From Candidatus Latescibacterota bacterium (GTDB lineage: Bacteria; Latescibacterota; UBA2968; GCA-2709665), in contig CBDCOX010000002.1 of NCBI GenBank assembly GCA_965219995.1, positions 4,960,001 to 5,024,000 on the forward strand: 64,000 bases of DNA, in the 5' to 3' direction. Both the position numbers and the translations under genes were made by a program. A model generated the notes under the pieces. That model was not told the DNA's origin. It saw only the letters and a list, made by a program, of their open reading frames with translations, and made no database searches. Shown here piece by piece: positions 31,018 through 41,932 of this stretch; within the stretch, counting starts at the first letter, position 1, and every line of letters begins with the position of its first letter.

Positions 31018-31281
31018 CCATGATTCGTAGGTTTTCGGGGACGTTAATTCGAGTATATGCAAGTTGATAAAGGCGATTAAACTGCGGATTACCAGGATAC
31101 ACCAGGTCGCTGGACGTGAACAAAAACACCATCCTTATGAACGACCTCGATACCCCGTTTGCCACGGGTCCCTTCTGTGTCTTTTGTGCCTTTTGTGGCT
31201 ATTTTGACTGTTGTCTGTTTTCGAATCGGAATTGAAGTCGCGATCGGTGTCCGGACCCTGACGTGATGACTGGAGGCGAGT

Positions 31282-32292
31282 GTGGCCAAGAGCCGGAAGA
31301 ACGCAAAAGCAGGCGAGACCCAGCCGAAGAAGACCGTCCGCGTGGCGATGATCGGCGCGGGGGGTCGCGCCACCAGCGCGCATTATCCCTCTCTCAAGGC
31401 GTTAGAGGGCGTTGAGATGGTGGCCGTCTCGGAACTGAGCGAGCAACGCATGGCGGACGCGGCCGATCGATTCGGGATTCCGGGGCGGTATTCGGACTAC
31501 AGAGAGATGATCGAAGAGGAAGAACCGGATGCGGTCTACGCCATCATGCCGCCCCATCATCTGTACGATATCGGGGCAACGGTGATGGAGATGGGTTGCC
31601 ACCTTTTCATCGAAAAACCCCCTGCGATGACCACGGAACAGACCCGGCAGATGGCGCTGATTGCGAAGAAGCACAACGTGCTTACGGGCGTGACGTTCCA
31701 GAGGCGGTTTGCGCCGGTGATCCGGTACGGCAAGGAGCTCTGCGAGAAGCGGGGGGCCGTTCACAGCGCCGTGTCCACCTTCTACAAGAACGCCGTGGGC
31801 GGGGCGCCGTACTACCGGGGAGCGATTGACATCCTGACGTCCGACGCCATCCATGCGGTGGACACGCTCCGCTATCTCTGCGGCGGCGAGGTGGAGTCCG
31901 TCGCCAGCGACGTCCGTCGGGAGGGATCAACCCACACCAATATCTACCTGGCGCTGGTAAGGTTCAGTTCCGGGGCAACCGGCGTGCTGCTCACCAACTG
32001 GATGACGGGGCGCCGCATCTTCTCCGTGGAAATCCACTCGCCTGGCATTTCCGTATTCGGGGACCCGGAAGAGGGCGGAAAGGTGTTCGCGGATAATAAG
32101 GACGATCCAGTGGAAGTGCTCGATCCGTTCCATCTCGGCGGCGGCGACGAGACCTGGCGCGCGTACGGCGCGTATGATACCAACCGTCACTTTATGGAAT
32201 GCATCCGCGCGGGGAAACAGCCGGAGACTTGTCTGGACGATGCGGTCAAAACCATGGATCTCGTCGACAGGATCTATCAGTCGCAGATCTGA
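31282..32292 (+). CDS. Gfo/Idh/MocA oxidoreductase
   Basis: IGAGGRA..AH, FIEKPP, FQRRF, DAIHAVD. Confidence 0.88.
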   Translation: MAKSRKNAKAGETQPKKTVRVAMIGAGGRATSAHYPSLKALEGVEMVAVSELSEQRMADAADRFGIPGRYSDYREMIEEEEPDAVYAIMPPHHLYDIGATVMEMGCHLFIEKPPAMTTEQTRQMALIAKKHNVLTGVTFQRRFAPVIRYGKELCEKRGAVHSAVSTFYKNAVGGAPYYRGAIDILTSDAIHAVDTLRYLCGGEVESVASDVRREGSTHTNIYLALVRFSSGATGVLLTNWMTGRRIFSVEIHSPGISVFGDPEEGGKVFADNKDDPVEVLDPFHLGGGDETWRAYGAYDTNRHFMECIRAGKQPETCLDDAVKTMDLVDRIYQSQI

Positions 32293-32317
32293 CGCGAATT
32301 GTTCACGACCGGTTACT

Positions 32318-33262
32318 GCTGTCCAAAACAACCTGGATAAAACAATTTCGGACAGCTGTAATCTAATGTTGAATCAGACCTGTCCAAAAACGCCAATTGA
32401 AGCCACTCTTCAATCCTTATCTCTGAGAGTCCCACGGTTCCTGGACACCAGCGGACCTATGCGCCGAGACATTCGGGCCGCGGAAGCCGCTGTTGAAGGT
32501 GGGGCAGACATTCCTGTTTGTCTGGTCACGCGATGCCAATGATGTGTCCGCGCCAATGTGTTTCCCGCATTGTTGTGTTCGGGACGACCCAGAAGACGGG
32601 AGATTCTTCGCTGCGCTCAGAATGACATGTTTTGCAATTGCCATATTCGAAATGTCTCGGTCACACGTTTGTCCAACGTGTCATCCTGAGGAAGCCGCTC
32701 TGCCTTCCGGCGATCCTTCGGCAGGCAGGCTGACGAAGGATCTACTGCGGCATCGGTTTAAAACAGCGTGAATTGCACGTATACCGACCCGGACGGGCGG
32801 CACGTCTGTTCCTGCGTAGTACGAAACCAATGGGAGATTCTTCGCTCCGCTCAGAGTGACTCGTCTATCCATGACCATCAGCGAAATGTACCTGTTATTG
32901 CTATGCGGACCTGTTCAGAATCGGTTTCTGTCCTGGACGGCATCTGTTTCGCTTCGGAGAGCCAATGCCTCGACCAGGTTCGCCTGAGTTTCACAAAGTG
33001 CCTGTTTCAGGCGTTTATTGAGACAGGAGCGGCATAATTACGGCCCATGGTATAGTCACCGTGTTTTTGGACAGCATCGCACAGACAATGGCAAACTGAT
33101 TTTCATATTCCGGGTCAACCCCGTCCAAAAACGCCTATTTACGCCACTTAACGACCCTGATGTCTCAATAACCGTCCGTTTTTGGGCAGCAATGGTAGTT
33201 TCCGTTGTTCGTTTTCTCATGCTTTTTTCGCTTTTATCCTGTCCATCCTGTTCATCCATGTT
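32318..33262. mobile_element. Cluster of nested MITE/REP-like elements
   Basis: Several (G)CTGTCCAAAA...TTTTGGACAGC inverted ends (32318, 32379, 33061, 33119-33190), TGTCATCCTGAG / GAGATTCTTCGCT.CGCTCAGA.TGAC palindromic units, 9-mer ATCCTGTCC repeats; no credible ORF. Confidence 0.65.
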
Positions 33263-33314
33263 AATCTCGGTTTCTGAATAAGAGAAGCCCGTCGCTTACC
33301 GATGGAGAGACCCA

Positions 33315-34133
33315 ATGAAAACCATCATGTTTACGAAACACCTGGAGGGCCTGGACGTGCCCGGCATCATCGGCGCATTGAAATCGGTGGGCGTAGAGGG
33401 CGCGGACCTGTGCGTGCGCCCCGGCTATCCGGTACATCCGGAGAACGTGGCAACCGCGCTGCCCGACGCGGCCAGGCGGTTTGCGGACGAAGGGCTTTCC
33501 ATACCCCTGGTCACCACACCGGGCGACTTCGTCAGGCCGGAGATGGATTATGCGGACCGCCTGTACGCGGCCTGCGGCGAAGCGGGCGTGAACCACATCA
33601 AACTGGGATACTGGCACTGGTCCGCCGGGATGGATTACTGGGACGAACTGGACGCGGTCAGAGGGCATCTCGAAGGATTCCAGTCCCTGTCCGAGAAACA
33701 CGGGGTCCAGACCGTGGTGCACAATCACTCGGGGCTGTCGATGGGCCTGAACTCGTGCGCGGCGATGAATGTGGTGAAGGGGTTCGATCCGAAGCACATC
33801 GGCGTGTTTGCCGACCCCGGCCATCTTTCCGTCTGCGGCGAGCCGATCGAACTGGCGCTGAACATCGTCAGGTCGCATCTGTCCGTGGTGGCGCTCAAGG
33901 ACCTGATCCGGCAGCCGCTGCTGCAGAACGGCAGGACAACATGGCGCACGCGGGTCGTGCGGCTGGGCGAGGGGTTCGGAGACTGGCCGGCGTTGTTGCG
34001 CGCGTTCAGGGCGGTGAACTTCGACGGGCCTCTGAGCTTCCACAGCGAGTACAGCGGGGAACCGGTGGATACGGTCATCGATCTGGCCAGGTCGGACGTT
34101 CGATTTTTCACAGCGCTGCTGAAAGAAGGATAA
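33315..34133 (+). CDS. Sugar phosphate isomerase/epimerase (xylose-isomerase-like TIM barrel)
   Basis: HNHSG, DPGH, ALKD, LGEG..DW, SFHSEY. Confidence 0.82.
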   Translation: MKTIMFTKHLEGLDVPGIIGALKSVGVEGADLCVRPGYPVHPENVATALPDAARRFADEGLSIPLVTTPGDFVRPEMDYADRLYAACGEAGVNHIKLGYWHWSAGMDYWDELDAVRGHLEGFQSLSEKHGVQTVVHNHSGLSMGLNSCAAMNVVKGFDPKHIGVFADPGHLSVCGEPIELALNIVRSHLSVVALKDLIRQPLLQNGRTTWRTRVVRLGEGFGDWPALLRAFRAVNFDGPLSFHSEYSGEPVDTVIDLARSDVRFFTALLKEG

Positions 34134-34158
34134 CGCCACCTTTAATTGACAAAAGTGG

Positions 34159-34195
34159 AGGGCGGCCGGGGTAGATCCCGGCCGCCCTTTGTTTT
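34159..34195 (+). terminator. Rho-independent terminator
   Basis: AGGGCGGCCGGG-loop-CCCGGCCGCCCT followed by TTGTTTT. Confidence 0.8.
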
Positions 34196-34254
34196 ATTTC
34201 TGCAAGCCGCCGCAGTCCGAAAATTCAGAAAAGGCGATGTTTGAAAGGTGTGAT

Positions 34255-34348
34255 TTCTTGTGCTTTTTGTGCCTTTTGTGGCAATTGCATTTGTGCTTCA
34301 GGACAGGATGAGCGGTACAATCGCCACAAAAAGCACAAAGGGCACAAA
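34255..34348. repeat. Inverted pair of 9-mer tandem repeats (TTTTGTGCC / GGCACAAAA)
   Basis: TTCTTGTGCTTTTTGTGCCTTTTGTGGC and GCCACAAAAAGCACAAAGGGCACAAA; related runs at about 31173 and 56873. Confidence 0.7.
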
Positions 34349-34385
34349 CGTAAAAACGACCGTGGGAACGATTGCAAGGGAGGTT

Positions 34386-37300
34386 TCAGTCGAAGGTCGC
34401 CCGGCAGTTCGCGCGTATCCGAAATCGTCCGTCCCTCTGCCTGGTGGCCGTGGCCGTTGGCGTGACCGATACGGCGTCTCCCGGTCCGACGTCGTAAAGA
34501 TAGGCAATCTCGCCGACGTTGAATCTCGCGGCGAGGTCGTGTCCGCCCATCAGCCGGATCCCCGCGTCGCGCCGCACGCCAGGGCTGTGAGGCGCGAGCG
34601 TAACGTCGTCAACCGGCAGCCAGACCGAGTGGTCCTTGTCCGTGAGCCAGGCGCCGCGGTAATATCCCTGCGCCGCCATATAGAGGTTCGTTTTGGTGGA
34701 CAGCCCGGTCCCATCCGCGTTGCGTCCGGTGATGACGAACCGGCCGATTCGGAAACTGTCGTCGCCGAACCGGATGCGATAACGCCGCCCCTTGCCTTCC
34801 ACGGCGCTGATATTGTAGGCGGTGGCGCGGCGGGGGTTCCCGATACGTGCGACGTCGCCCCTGAGGCCCGCCGCGCGGAAGGCCTGGCTCCCGGGATCCC
34901 GTTCTACGGTAATTGAGGAAGACCGCGGATCGATTTCCACGATTTTTCCCTGCACGGGTTTGTCAATGGAGAGGGAATGCCCACCGGAACTGATGCATCC
35001 GGAGCCTGACTGGTGCAGGGAAACCAGCTTTCCCTCCATGTCGTGGCGGGCCAGGCTGAAGCAGCCGCCGGACGGGCCGGGGGCGTGGCGGATCGTGTCT
35101 TCGCCGGTTCGATGTCTTATCTTCAGCGCGAGGGAATCGCCGCCTGCATCCAGTTGTTCTACGCCCTGGATTTTCTTTTCGCCTCTAAAGGGTTCGTGTA
35201 CAGCCACAAAGCGGCTGGCCGCGCCTTGCTCTTCGTTGCGCAGCAGCACCCAGGTGAGATGTTTCGGGTTTCCCGGCTTTCTGGGGGGATCCCCCTGTGC
35301 GACGATCGCTTCGTCGGAGGGCAGGAACGTCGTATTCAGGCCGATGCCGGTCTTCGGGTCGCGCCACGTGGAGGTCCACGCCGCGGTCGGTTTCCCGCGC
35401 TGCGCATCGTACAGATACGAGTATCCGCCGCCCCGGTAGGTGTAGTAGGAACGGCCCTTCTTTACCGGGTCGGTAAGGCCGTCGTCGTCATATATGGCGC
35501 CGTAGGGCACGTCCGGACCTGCCAGAGTTCCCTGCTGCTGTGGAGGCGTGAGCGCGATATCGTCCGCCTTAAACGCACCGTCGAATCCGTGCAGGCTGTA
35601 GTCGTGTCGTGTCCCGCCCGCCACCCGGAAGGCGTCGAGGACGTAACGGGCGTCCTTGCCGACTTCGATGAGCGCGAGCGTCCGCCGGTACTCGGACGTA
35701 TGGTGATAGGTTTCCGGGGCGTCGACCTGCACCCAGGTCAGGTCTCCCGCCCTCACGAATTGCTCCAGCCTGCCGGGCGCCTGCGTATCCTGCCTCCGGC
35801 CGTCCACCACGACCGTTGCGTGGGCCAGGGTGTTCTTGGTCCATACCGCGGGGCGGTCACCCTCGGCGGCGTGTTCGCCGTAACCGAGGTCGGGAATGAG
35901 TTTGCGGCCGTACGCGAAGAGTTCCACGTTGAGGCGGTCGAAATGCGCGTGCTCGGTGGCCGCCCGTCCGTAATATAGCGCAACAGCCGTTCGTTCGCGG
36001 CCTCGCCCGGACCGCATCAGGGCCAGGCCGAACCCCCCCATGAGCCGGCTTTCCGTGCTCATCGCCTTGAGTTCGGCGGCGCCGTCGGCGTGGGGTGAGG
36101 GTTCAACAGGTTCTTCCAGCAGCGACTCGAAGCCGTTGAAGCCGGTTTTCACGCTTCGCAGCAGTTCGCCGACGACCGGATCTCCCGTGGCTCTGTACGC
36201 TTCCTGCAGGGTATCGCTTGCAAGGGCTACGTGGCCGCCCGTCGTGGTGCCCGCGTCGCCAATGCACGGGGTGAAGCGGTCCAGGCAGGTCATTTCCGCG
36301 GCCCAGCGGTACATGCGCCTGAACTTCGGCCTGTCCCATAGCCGTATGCCCTGCTCTTCCAGCAGGCGGGCGATCACGGTAAGGTGCGTGACCCAACTGC
36401 TGTTGTAGCTGGGGGAACTCTCCCACCCCATGCCCTCACGGAAGATCAGGTTGTCCAGCGCGAAGTTGATCCCTTCCGCGTGTGCGGCCTTGTCGCGAAA
36501 GATATACCCGTCGAAATGGGTGAGCATTTCCTTGAGTTCCGTGGCTTCACCCGTGTTGTTCAACGTCCAGTCGACGGCTTTGTCGATTTCATTCCGGTCT
36601 CCCGAGGCGAGTGCCGCGACCAGCAGGGCCTCCTGGTGTCCGCCGTAGTTGCTTCGGACGTCGCCCCGGTAGATGCCTTCCAGGCTCGCGCCTATGATGC
36701 CGGTCTCGAGTTTTCGGCGGAATCGGTCCGCATCCGAACTGAAGACGGGGTCGTAGGGGATGGCGCCGCGGACGGCGTCCAGGGCGTGGCACAGCCGGCG
36801 CACGGTGCCGGATTCGGAAATCAGGTCGTTCATCTTCCCCGTATAGCCCGGCGAGAATTCCAGTGCGTACATGGATTGCCTGCTGTAGTCCATGTGCGGA
36901 TAGACCTCGGCAAGCCGGTCCAGAATGACGAGCGCCTTGTGGGCGTACCGGTTGTCGCCGCTGAGCAGATAGGCCTGCGAGAGTGAGGTGAGGCCTGCGA
37001 CGACGGCGTTCCACGTATTGCAACAGCAATAGGCGATGAACCAGTGCCGAAAGGGCGCGTTTTCGCCTCGCCAGCCCCATCCGTCGTCCGCGTACGGACC
37101 GGTGAGCAGGCTGCGGTCTTCCATGCCGCTCTGGTAGAATGCCTCGAAGTCGTTGCTGGGATAGGATTCGCCGCCCACGGCGCAGGTCACGCGCCATTTG
37201 TCCTTGAATGGATCGTGTTTCCACCCGCCCTGGGCGTACCCGCCGTAACCGTTGGGGCCGCTGCCGTGGACCGGACATCCGCTGACGAAGTTGATGGTCC

Positions 37301-37469
37301 AGCTCCGCGGTACTTCGGGGCCCGGCATCAGCCCGCGGATGAGTTCCTGGTCCCGTTCCAGCCAAGGATTCGCGTCTTCGATGATACGCCCGGCGACTTT
37401 CTTCGCGTTCGCGTCAGCCGCGGCTCGTTGCCGGGCAAGCCGGATCTGTTCCGGAGTGTAGAGATTCAC
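34386..37469 (-). CDS. Heparinase II/III-like protein
   Basis: Alpha/alpha N-terminus, ESSPSY, IGDA, HAHFD.LN.EL, PDLGY, NT.AH.TVVVD; GTG start with AGGAG SD. Confidence 0.82.
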   Translation of the reverse strand: MNLYTPEQIRLARQRAAADANAKKVAGRIIEDANPWLERDQELIRGLMPGPEVPRSWTINFVSGCPVHGSGPNGYGGYAQGGWKHDPFKDKWRVTCAVGGESYPSNDFEAFYQSGMEDRSLLTGPYADDGWGWRGENAPFRHWFIAYCCCNTWNAVVAGLTSLSQAYLLSGDNRYAHKALVILDRLAEVYPHMDYSRQSMYALEFSPGYTGKMNDLISESGTVRRLCHALDAVRGAIPYDPVFSSDADRFRRKLETGIIGASLEGIYRGDVRSNYGGHQEALLVAALASGDRNEIDKAVDWTLNNTGEATELKEMLTHFDGYIFRDKAAHAEGINFALDNLIFREGMGWESSPSYNSSWVTHLTVIARLLEEQGIRLWDRPKFRRMYRWAAEMTCLDRFTPCIGDAGTTTGGHVALASDTLQEAYRATGDPVVGELLRSVKTGFNGFESLLEEPVEPSPHADGAAELKAMSTESRLMGGFGLALMRSGRGRERTAVALYYGRAATEHAHFDRLNVELFAYGRKLIPDLGYGEHAAEGDRPAVWTKNTLAHATVVVDGRRQDTQAPGRLEQFVRAGDLTWVQVDAPETYHHTSEYRRTLALIEVGKDARYVLDAFRVAGGTRHDYSLHGFDGAFKADDIALTPPQQQGTLAGPDVPYGAIYDDDGLTDPVKKGRSYYTYRGGGYSYLYDAQRGKPTAAWTSTWRDPKTGIGLNTTFLPSDEAIVAQGDPPRKPGNPKHLTWVLLRNEEQGAASRFVAVHEPFRGEKKIQGVEQLDAGGDSLALKIRHRTGEDTIRHAPGPSGGCFSLARHDMEGKLVSLHQSGSGCISSGGHSLSIDKPVQGKIVEIDPRSSSITVERDPGSQAFRAAGLRGDVARIGNPRRATAYNISAVEGKGRRYRIRFGDDSFRIGRFVITGRNADGTGLSTKTNLYMAAQGYYRGAWLTDKDHSVWLPVDDVTLAPHSPGVRRDAGIRLMGGHDLAARFNVGEIAYLYDVGPGDAVSVTPTATATRQRDGRFRIRANCRATFD

Positions 37470-37817
37470 CTGTACTCCTGGTTTTCTGTGACAGTTGACG
37501 CGGATGCTCCTTTTCGTGCAGGAGACCATCCGCGCGCGGGAAGATTTCGGAGGCGCCGTTTGCGCAGAGCGGGCATCGAAGCGGAACCGATGACCGGCCC
37601 AACAGTATTTCGAAAGCAAGGGGAATCCGCAAGGCCAATTTCGACCGGCGGGATGAATCGCCGGATGAATAGAAGGTTTTCACCGCGGTGCGCATCGGAG
37701 GGTCAACTCGAGTCGTGCGCCACTTGCCGAAGCGCTTGACGCCTGATGACATATTTGATAAATAGTCGAGGTTCGACGGCAGGCTTTATTTGCTTCGGGA
37801 ACCCAGGGGGAATCTGA

Positions 37818-38759
37818 ATGGAATACCGCACGCTCGGACGAACCGGGCTTCGTGTTTCGGTGCTGGGCATCGGTACTGGGGGCCCGAGTCAACTCGGACA
37901 GGGTTCCGGCGTTCCGGAGGCCGATGCCGGCCGGATGGTGCGCAGGGCGCTGGAACTGGGCGTCAATTTCTTCGATACCGCCGCCGGGTATGGGGATAGC
38001 GAGGGAATTCTCGGCAGGGCGCTGGCGGGCGTGCCGCGGGAGGACTACGTGCTGGCGACAAAGGTGCAGGCGGCGCGGGACGACTGGACCGCCACACCCG
38101 AAGACGTGGCCGCCTCCGTGGAGCGGAGCCTTGCGCGGCTTAATGTCGACGTGATCGACATCATGCAGTTCCACGGCGTAAAGCCGGACGACTACGCCCG
38201 CACGATCGACATCTTTCTGCCGGTGATGACGCGCCTTCAGGAGCAGGGTAAATTCCGTTTTCTGGGCGTATCTGAGACCTATTCGCAGGATCCGGGACAC
38301 GAGATGTTTCCGATGGCGCTGGCCGACGACCATTTTGACACGGCAATGGTCGGGTACAATATGATCAGTCCCACGGCGGAGCACAGCGTACTGCCGATGT
38401 GCCGGGAAAAGAACGTGGGCGTGATCTGTATGGTGGCCGTACGCCGGGCGCTGAGCAGACCGGAGGTGTTGGCGGAGCGCATCGCCTACGCGAAGGAGAA
38501 AGGGCTGATAAAAAGGGATTCCGTGCCGGACGAGGATCCGCTGGGCTGGCTCGTGAAAGGGCACGTGAATTCGCTGCCGGCGGCCGCGTACAAATACGTG
38601 GCGTCGCATCCGGCGGTGGGTACGGTGCTTTCAGGCACGGCGAACGTCGAACACCTGGAAGCCAACGTGAAGGCCATTCTCGGGCCGCCGCTGCCGGACG
38701 AAGACATGGCGCGACTGAGAGACATCTTCGGCGGCGTGTGGGAGCCGTTGGGGAACTGA
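37818..38759 (+). CDS. Aldo/keto reductase
   Basis: YRTLGRTGL.VS.LG.G, FFDTA..YG.SE, ATK, SL.RL..D.ID. Confidence 0.9.
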   Translation: MEYRTLGRTGLRVSVLGIGTGGPSQLGQGSGVPEADAGRMVRRALELGVNFFDTAAGYGDSEGILGRALAGVPREDYVLATKVQAARDDWTATPEDVAASVERSLARLNVDVIDIMQFHGVKPDDYARTIDIFLPVMTRLQEQGKFRFLGVSETYSQDPGHEMFPMALADDHFDTAMVGYNMISPTAEHSVLPMCREKNVGVICMVAVRRALSRPEVLAERIAYAKEKGLIKRDSVPDEDPLGWLVKGHVNSLPAAAYKYVASHPAVGTVLSGTANVEHLEANVKAILGPPLPDEDMARLRDIFGGVWEPLGN

Positions 38760-38780
38760 AAAAGGCGGTGAGAGGGTAGG

Positions 38781-38819
38781 CCCTCACCCCCCGGCCCCCT
38801 CTCCCAAGGGGAGAGGGGG
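38781..38819. repeat. REP-like palindrome
   Basis: CCCTCACCCCCCGGCCCCCTCTCCCAAGGGGAGAGGGGG; related units near 27336 and 56623. Confidence 0.6.
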
Positions 38820-38918
38820 AGCAGACAGCTTGAAGCAAAACCAGGATACCCTGAGCGGATCACCGTTTCCCCCTTCCCCCCGGGAAGGGGTCAATACATA
38901 TCAGGGGGTAGGTCTAGA

Positions 38919-39083
38919 AGGCGGTGAGAGGGGAGATGATATGCCTGCCTCGTGCGGTTTCATTTCTTGCCAAAGGCATGTAGGAATAAACAAATCCGGC
39001 AAGGACGTCATCTACCGTCTAACGTCTTACGTCTCACCGAATTCAGGTTTTTCATCTACCGTCTCCCGTCTTACGTCTCACCG
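38919..39083. repeat. Mosaic intergenic element
   Basis: GGCGGTGAGAGGGGAGATG, core GCGGTTTCATTTCTTGCCAAAGGCAT...CAATCCGGCAAGG, two right arms. Confidence 0.85.
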
Positions 39084-39177
39084 AAGTTAGAAGGCCATAT
39101 CACAGAGAGCTGGGATGTATCGGCTGGCGATTGGGAAGGCATTATCGGGACAGGAAACGATCTGAAGGGAGCGTTCC

Positions 39178-40296
39178 ATGGGCGAGACAACCGCGGAGTC
39201 CGCGGCGGCGACAAACGGCCGGAAATCCGACGTGACCCTGATCGACGCGGACGTGCACAATTATCCCGACTCCATAAACGAACTCCTGCCCCACCTGTCG
39301 AGGCGGTGGCAGGCGTACGTGAAGCAGTCCGGGTTTACGATTCCGTCGGTTTCAATCTATCCCAAGCTCTATGCCCAGGCCGCCCGGCGCGACGCGTGGC
39401 CCCCGAGCGGCAGGAGGCCCGGCGCAGACGCCGATTTTGCCCGGGAGCAGTTGCTCGATACGTGGGATATCCACTATGCGGTCCTCAACCCGCTCGTCGC
39501 GGTGTCGTCCGTACGAAATATCGATCTCGCCAACGCGCTGCAGCGGGCGGTCAACGAATGGACCCGGGAGGCGTGGCTGGAGGCCGACCGGCGCTGGCGC
39601 GGATCCATCGTCGTCAACATCCAGGACGCAGACGCCGCCGCGGCCGAGATCGAGCGCCTCGCCTCCGACCGTCGATTTGTACAGGTGCTGCTGCTCGTGC
39701 GCTCATACGCCCCTTACGGTCGGCGCGAATTCAGGCCCATCTTTCGCGCGGCGGCGGCGGCCGACCTGCCCGTAGGCATACATTTCGGCGGCGGCGGCAA
39801 TCCCATTACGGCCAGCGGCTGGCCATCCTATTACATCGAGGACCACACGGGAATGTCGCAGGCCTTCGAAGCCCAGGTGATCAGCCTGGTATGCGAAGGC
39901 GTTTTCGAGGAACTGCCGTCTGCCCGGGTGGCCCTCATCGAGGGCGGATTTGCCTGGCTTCCGGCGCTCATGTGGCGGTTGGACAAGAACTACCGGGGGC
40001 TGCGCAGCGAAGTGCCATGGCTCCGGAGGCTGCCCAGCGAAACCATCCTGGACCACTTCCGCGCGACGACGCAGCCCATGGAGGAGCCCGCCGATACCCG
40101 GCACCTGCTGTCCATTCTGGACATGATCGGGCGAGACGACTTCCTGATGTTCGCCACCGATTACCCCCACTGGGACTTCGACGCCCCCGACCGGGCCCTG
40201 CCGCGGGTCATCAAAGGCGCCCTCAGACAGCGCATTCTGTCCGAAAACGCAACGGCTTTCTATGGCCTTGAAGACAATCGACATCGGGTCAGTTGA
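39178..40296 (+). CDS. Amidohydrolase family 2 protein
   Basis: [27 protein letters not shown]. Confidence 0.88.
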   Translation: MGETTAESAAATNGRKSDVTLIDADVHNYPDSINELLPHLSRRWQAYVKQSGFTIPSVSIYPKLYAQAARRDAWPPSGRRPGADADFAREQLLDTWDIHYAVLNPLVAVSSVRNIDLANALQRAVNEWTREAWLEADRRWRGSIVVNIQDADAAAAEIERLASDRRFVQVLLLVRSYAPYGRREFRPIFRAAAAADLPVGIHFGGGGNPITASGWPSYYIEDHTGMSQAFEAQVISLVCEGVFEELPSARVALIEGGFAWLPALMWRLDKNYRGLRSEVPWLRRLPSETILDHFRATTQPMEEPADTRHLLSILDMIGRDDFLMFATDYPHWDFDAPDRALPRVIKGALRQRILSENATAFYGLEDNRHRVS

Positions 40297-40627
40297 CGAC
40301 TTCAAGGCCGGCCGGCCTCGCCGGGTGGACGCGGGAGGGCGGGCGCTGACGGTGGTGCGCCGCGGCCGGCGTTTCTTCGCGTTGCGCGACATCTGTCCCC
40401 ATCAGGGTGCGCCGCTGTCCGCCGGTAAGGTGGACGGTACCGCCCTGCCGTGCCGACCCGGCGAGGAAATCTCGTACGGCCGCGTGGGCGAAATCCTTAC
40501 CTGTCCCTGGCACGGCTGGCAATTCGACCTGTCCACGGGCCGCGCCCTGATCGAGCCCGATCGATTCCGCGTGCGGGTCTACCCGGTGCGCGTCGTTTGC
40601 GGACGCGTGGTTGTGGACATGGAATAG
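40262..40627 (+). CDS. Rieske [2Fe-2S] ferredoxin
   Basis: CPHQG...CPWHGW.FD..TG. Confidence 0.9.
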   Translation: MALKTIDIGSVDDFKAGRPRRVDAGGRALTVVRRGRRFFALRDICPHQGAPLSAGKVDGTALPCRPGEEISYGRVGEILTCPWHGWQFDLSTGRALIEPDRFRVRVYPVRVVCGRVVVDME

Positions 40628-40698
40628 CCCTCTGTTCTCGTCCGGCCTACTGTGCAAGGCCGGACACCCGAACGACCTTCCCCCGATCGGAGCCACGA

Positions 40699-41883
40699 TT
40701 GATCCGTATCGGCAATCCGTTTTCCGAGTGGAACCGGGATTTCAGACTGCTGGCCGCGGCGGCGTTTTCCGTTGGCGTGTTCTTCGGCGTGCAACTCACG
40801 CTGTACAACAACTTCGCCGTGGAGCGCCTGGGCATCGAGCCGCACGAACTCGGGTACGTGGAAGCCCTGCGGGAGACGTCGGGATTCCTGAATGCGTTCT
40901 TCATCGCGCTCATGATGCGGGTGGCGCCGCCTGTCGTCGCCGGTGCTTCCCTGCTGGTGATGGGCGCCGGGCTTGCCGCGTACGCGGATGTGTATACCGT
41001 GTTTTCCCTCGCGGTATATTCGGCGCTGTGGGGCATCGGATTCCATTGCTGGATCCCTATGGAGCAGTCCATGGCGCTGCGGTTTTCGCCCGGGGGAAAG
41101 AAGGGAAAATGGCTGGGTCAGCTGCGGAGCGTTCATGCCCTGGCGTGGCTGCTGACCATCGGGGTCTGCAATCTCGTATTCCATCTGATCCGATACGACT
41201 GGCTGTTCGTGGGCGCGGGTGCGATTACGGCGCTCGGCGGACTGACGATCTTCTTCGCCAGCAGAAAGCGACCGGATGTGCCGGAGAAGAGTTTCGTGTT
41301 CCGCCGTCGGTACGGCCTGTATTACGCGCTGAATTTTCTTCAGGGCTGCCGGAAGCAGATGTTCATCACGTTTGCCATCTTCGCGCTGGTGAAAGTCCAT
41401 GGGATGCCCGTGGAGACGACGATGGCGCTCGTGCTGATCAATCAGACGCTGATTACGTTAACGGCCCCGCTGATGGGCCGGATGGTGGACAGGTATGGAG
41501 AGCGGGCGGTGCTCAGCTGGAGCTATATCGGGCTGGCCTTCGTCTTTTTCGGATACGGCGCGATTCAGCACCGTCCAACGCTGTACGTGCTTTATTGCGT
41601 GGACAACCTTATCTTCTTCGGCGGCATCGCGCTGACCACGTACCTTCACAAGATCGCGCCGCAGGAGGACCTGAAACCCACGTTGTCCATGGGTGTGACG
41701 ATGAACCATTTCGCAGCTGTGGCGGCCCCGCTGATCGGCGGGCTGGTCTGGCGTTACTTCGGCTACCAGGTGATCTTTTTCAGCGGCGCGGTCCTGGCGT
41801 TGATTTCACTGGTGGTGAGCCGGTGGGTGGATCCGGAGGGATTGCTTCGTCGGGAACGCGAGGCGCTTGCATTGGCGGATTGA
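40699..41883 (+). CDS. MFS transporter
   Basis: About 12 TM, RETSGFL, GRMVDRYGER; TTG start with GGAG. Confidence 0.85.
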   Translation: MIRIGNPFSEWNRDFRLLAAAAFSVGVFFGVQLTLYNNFAVERLGIEPHELGYVEALRETSGFLNAFFIALMMRVAPPVVAGASLLVMGAGLAAYADVYTVFSLAVYSALWGIGFHCWIPMEQSMALRFSPGGKKGKWLGQLRSVHALAWLLTIGVCNLVFHLIRYDWLFVGAGAITALGGLTIFFASRKRPDVPEKSFVFRRRYGLYYALNFLQGCRKQMFITFAIFALVKVHGMPVETTMALVLINQTLITLTAPLMGRMVDRYGERAVLSWSYIGLAFVFFGYGAIQHRPTLYVLYCVDNLIFFGGIALTTYLHKIAPQEDLKPTLSMGVTMNHFAAVAAPLIGGLVWRYFGYQVIFFSGAVLALISLVVSRWVDPEGLLRREREALALAD

Positions 41884-41932
41884 CCCCAGCGCAGGCGTCG
41901 TACTGATTGATTATCGGGAGATGGAGGGCAGG

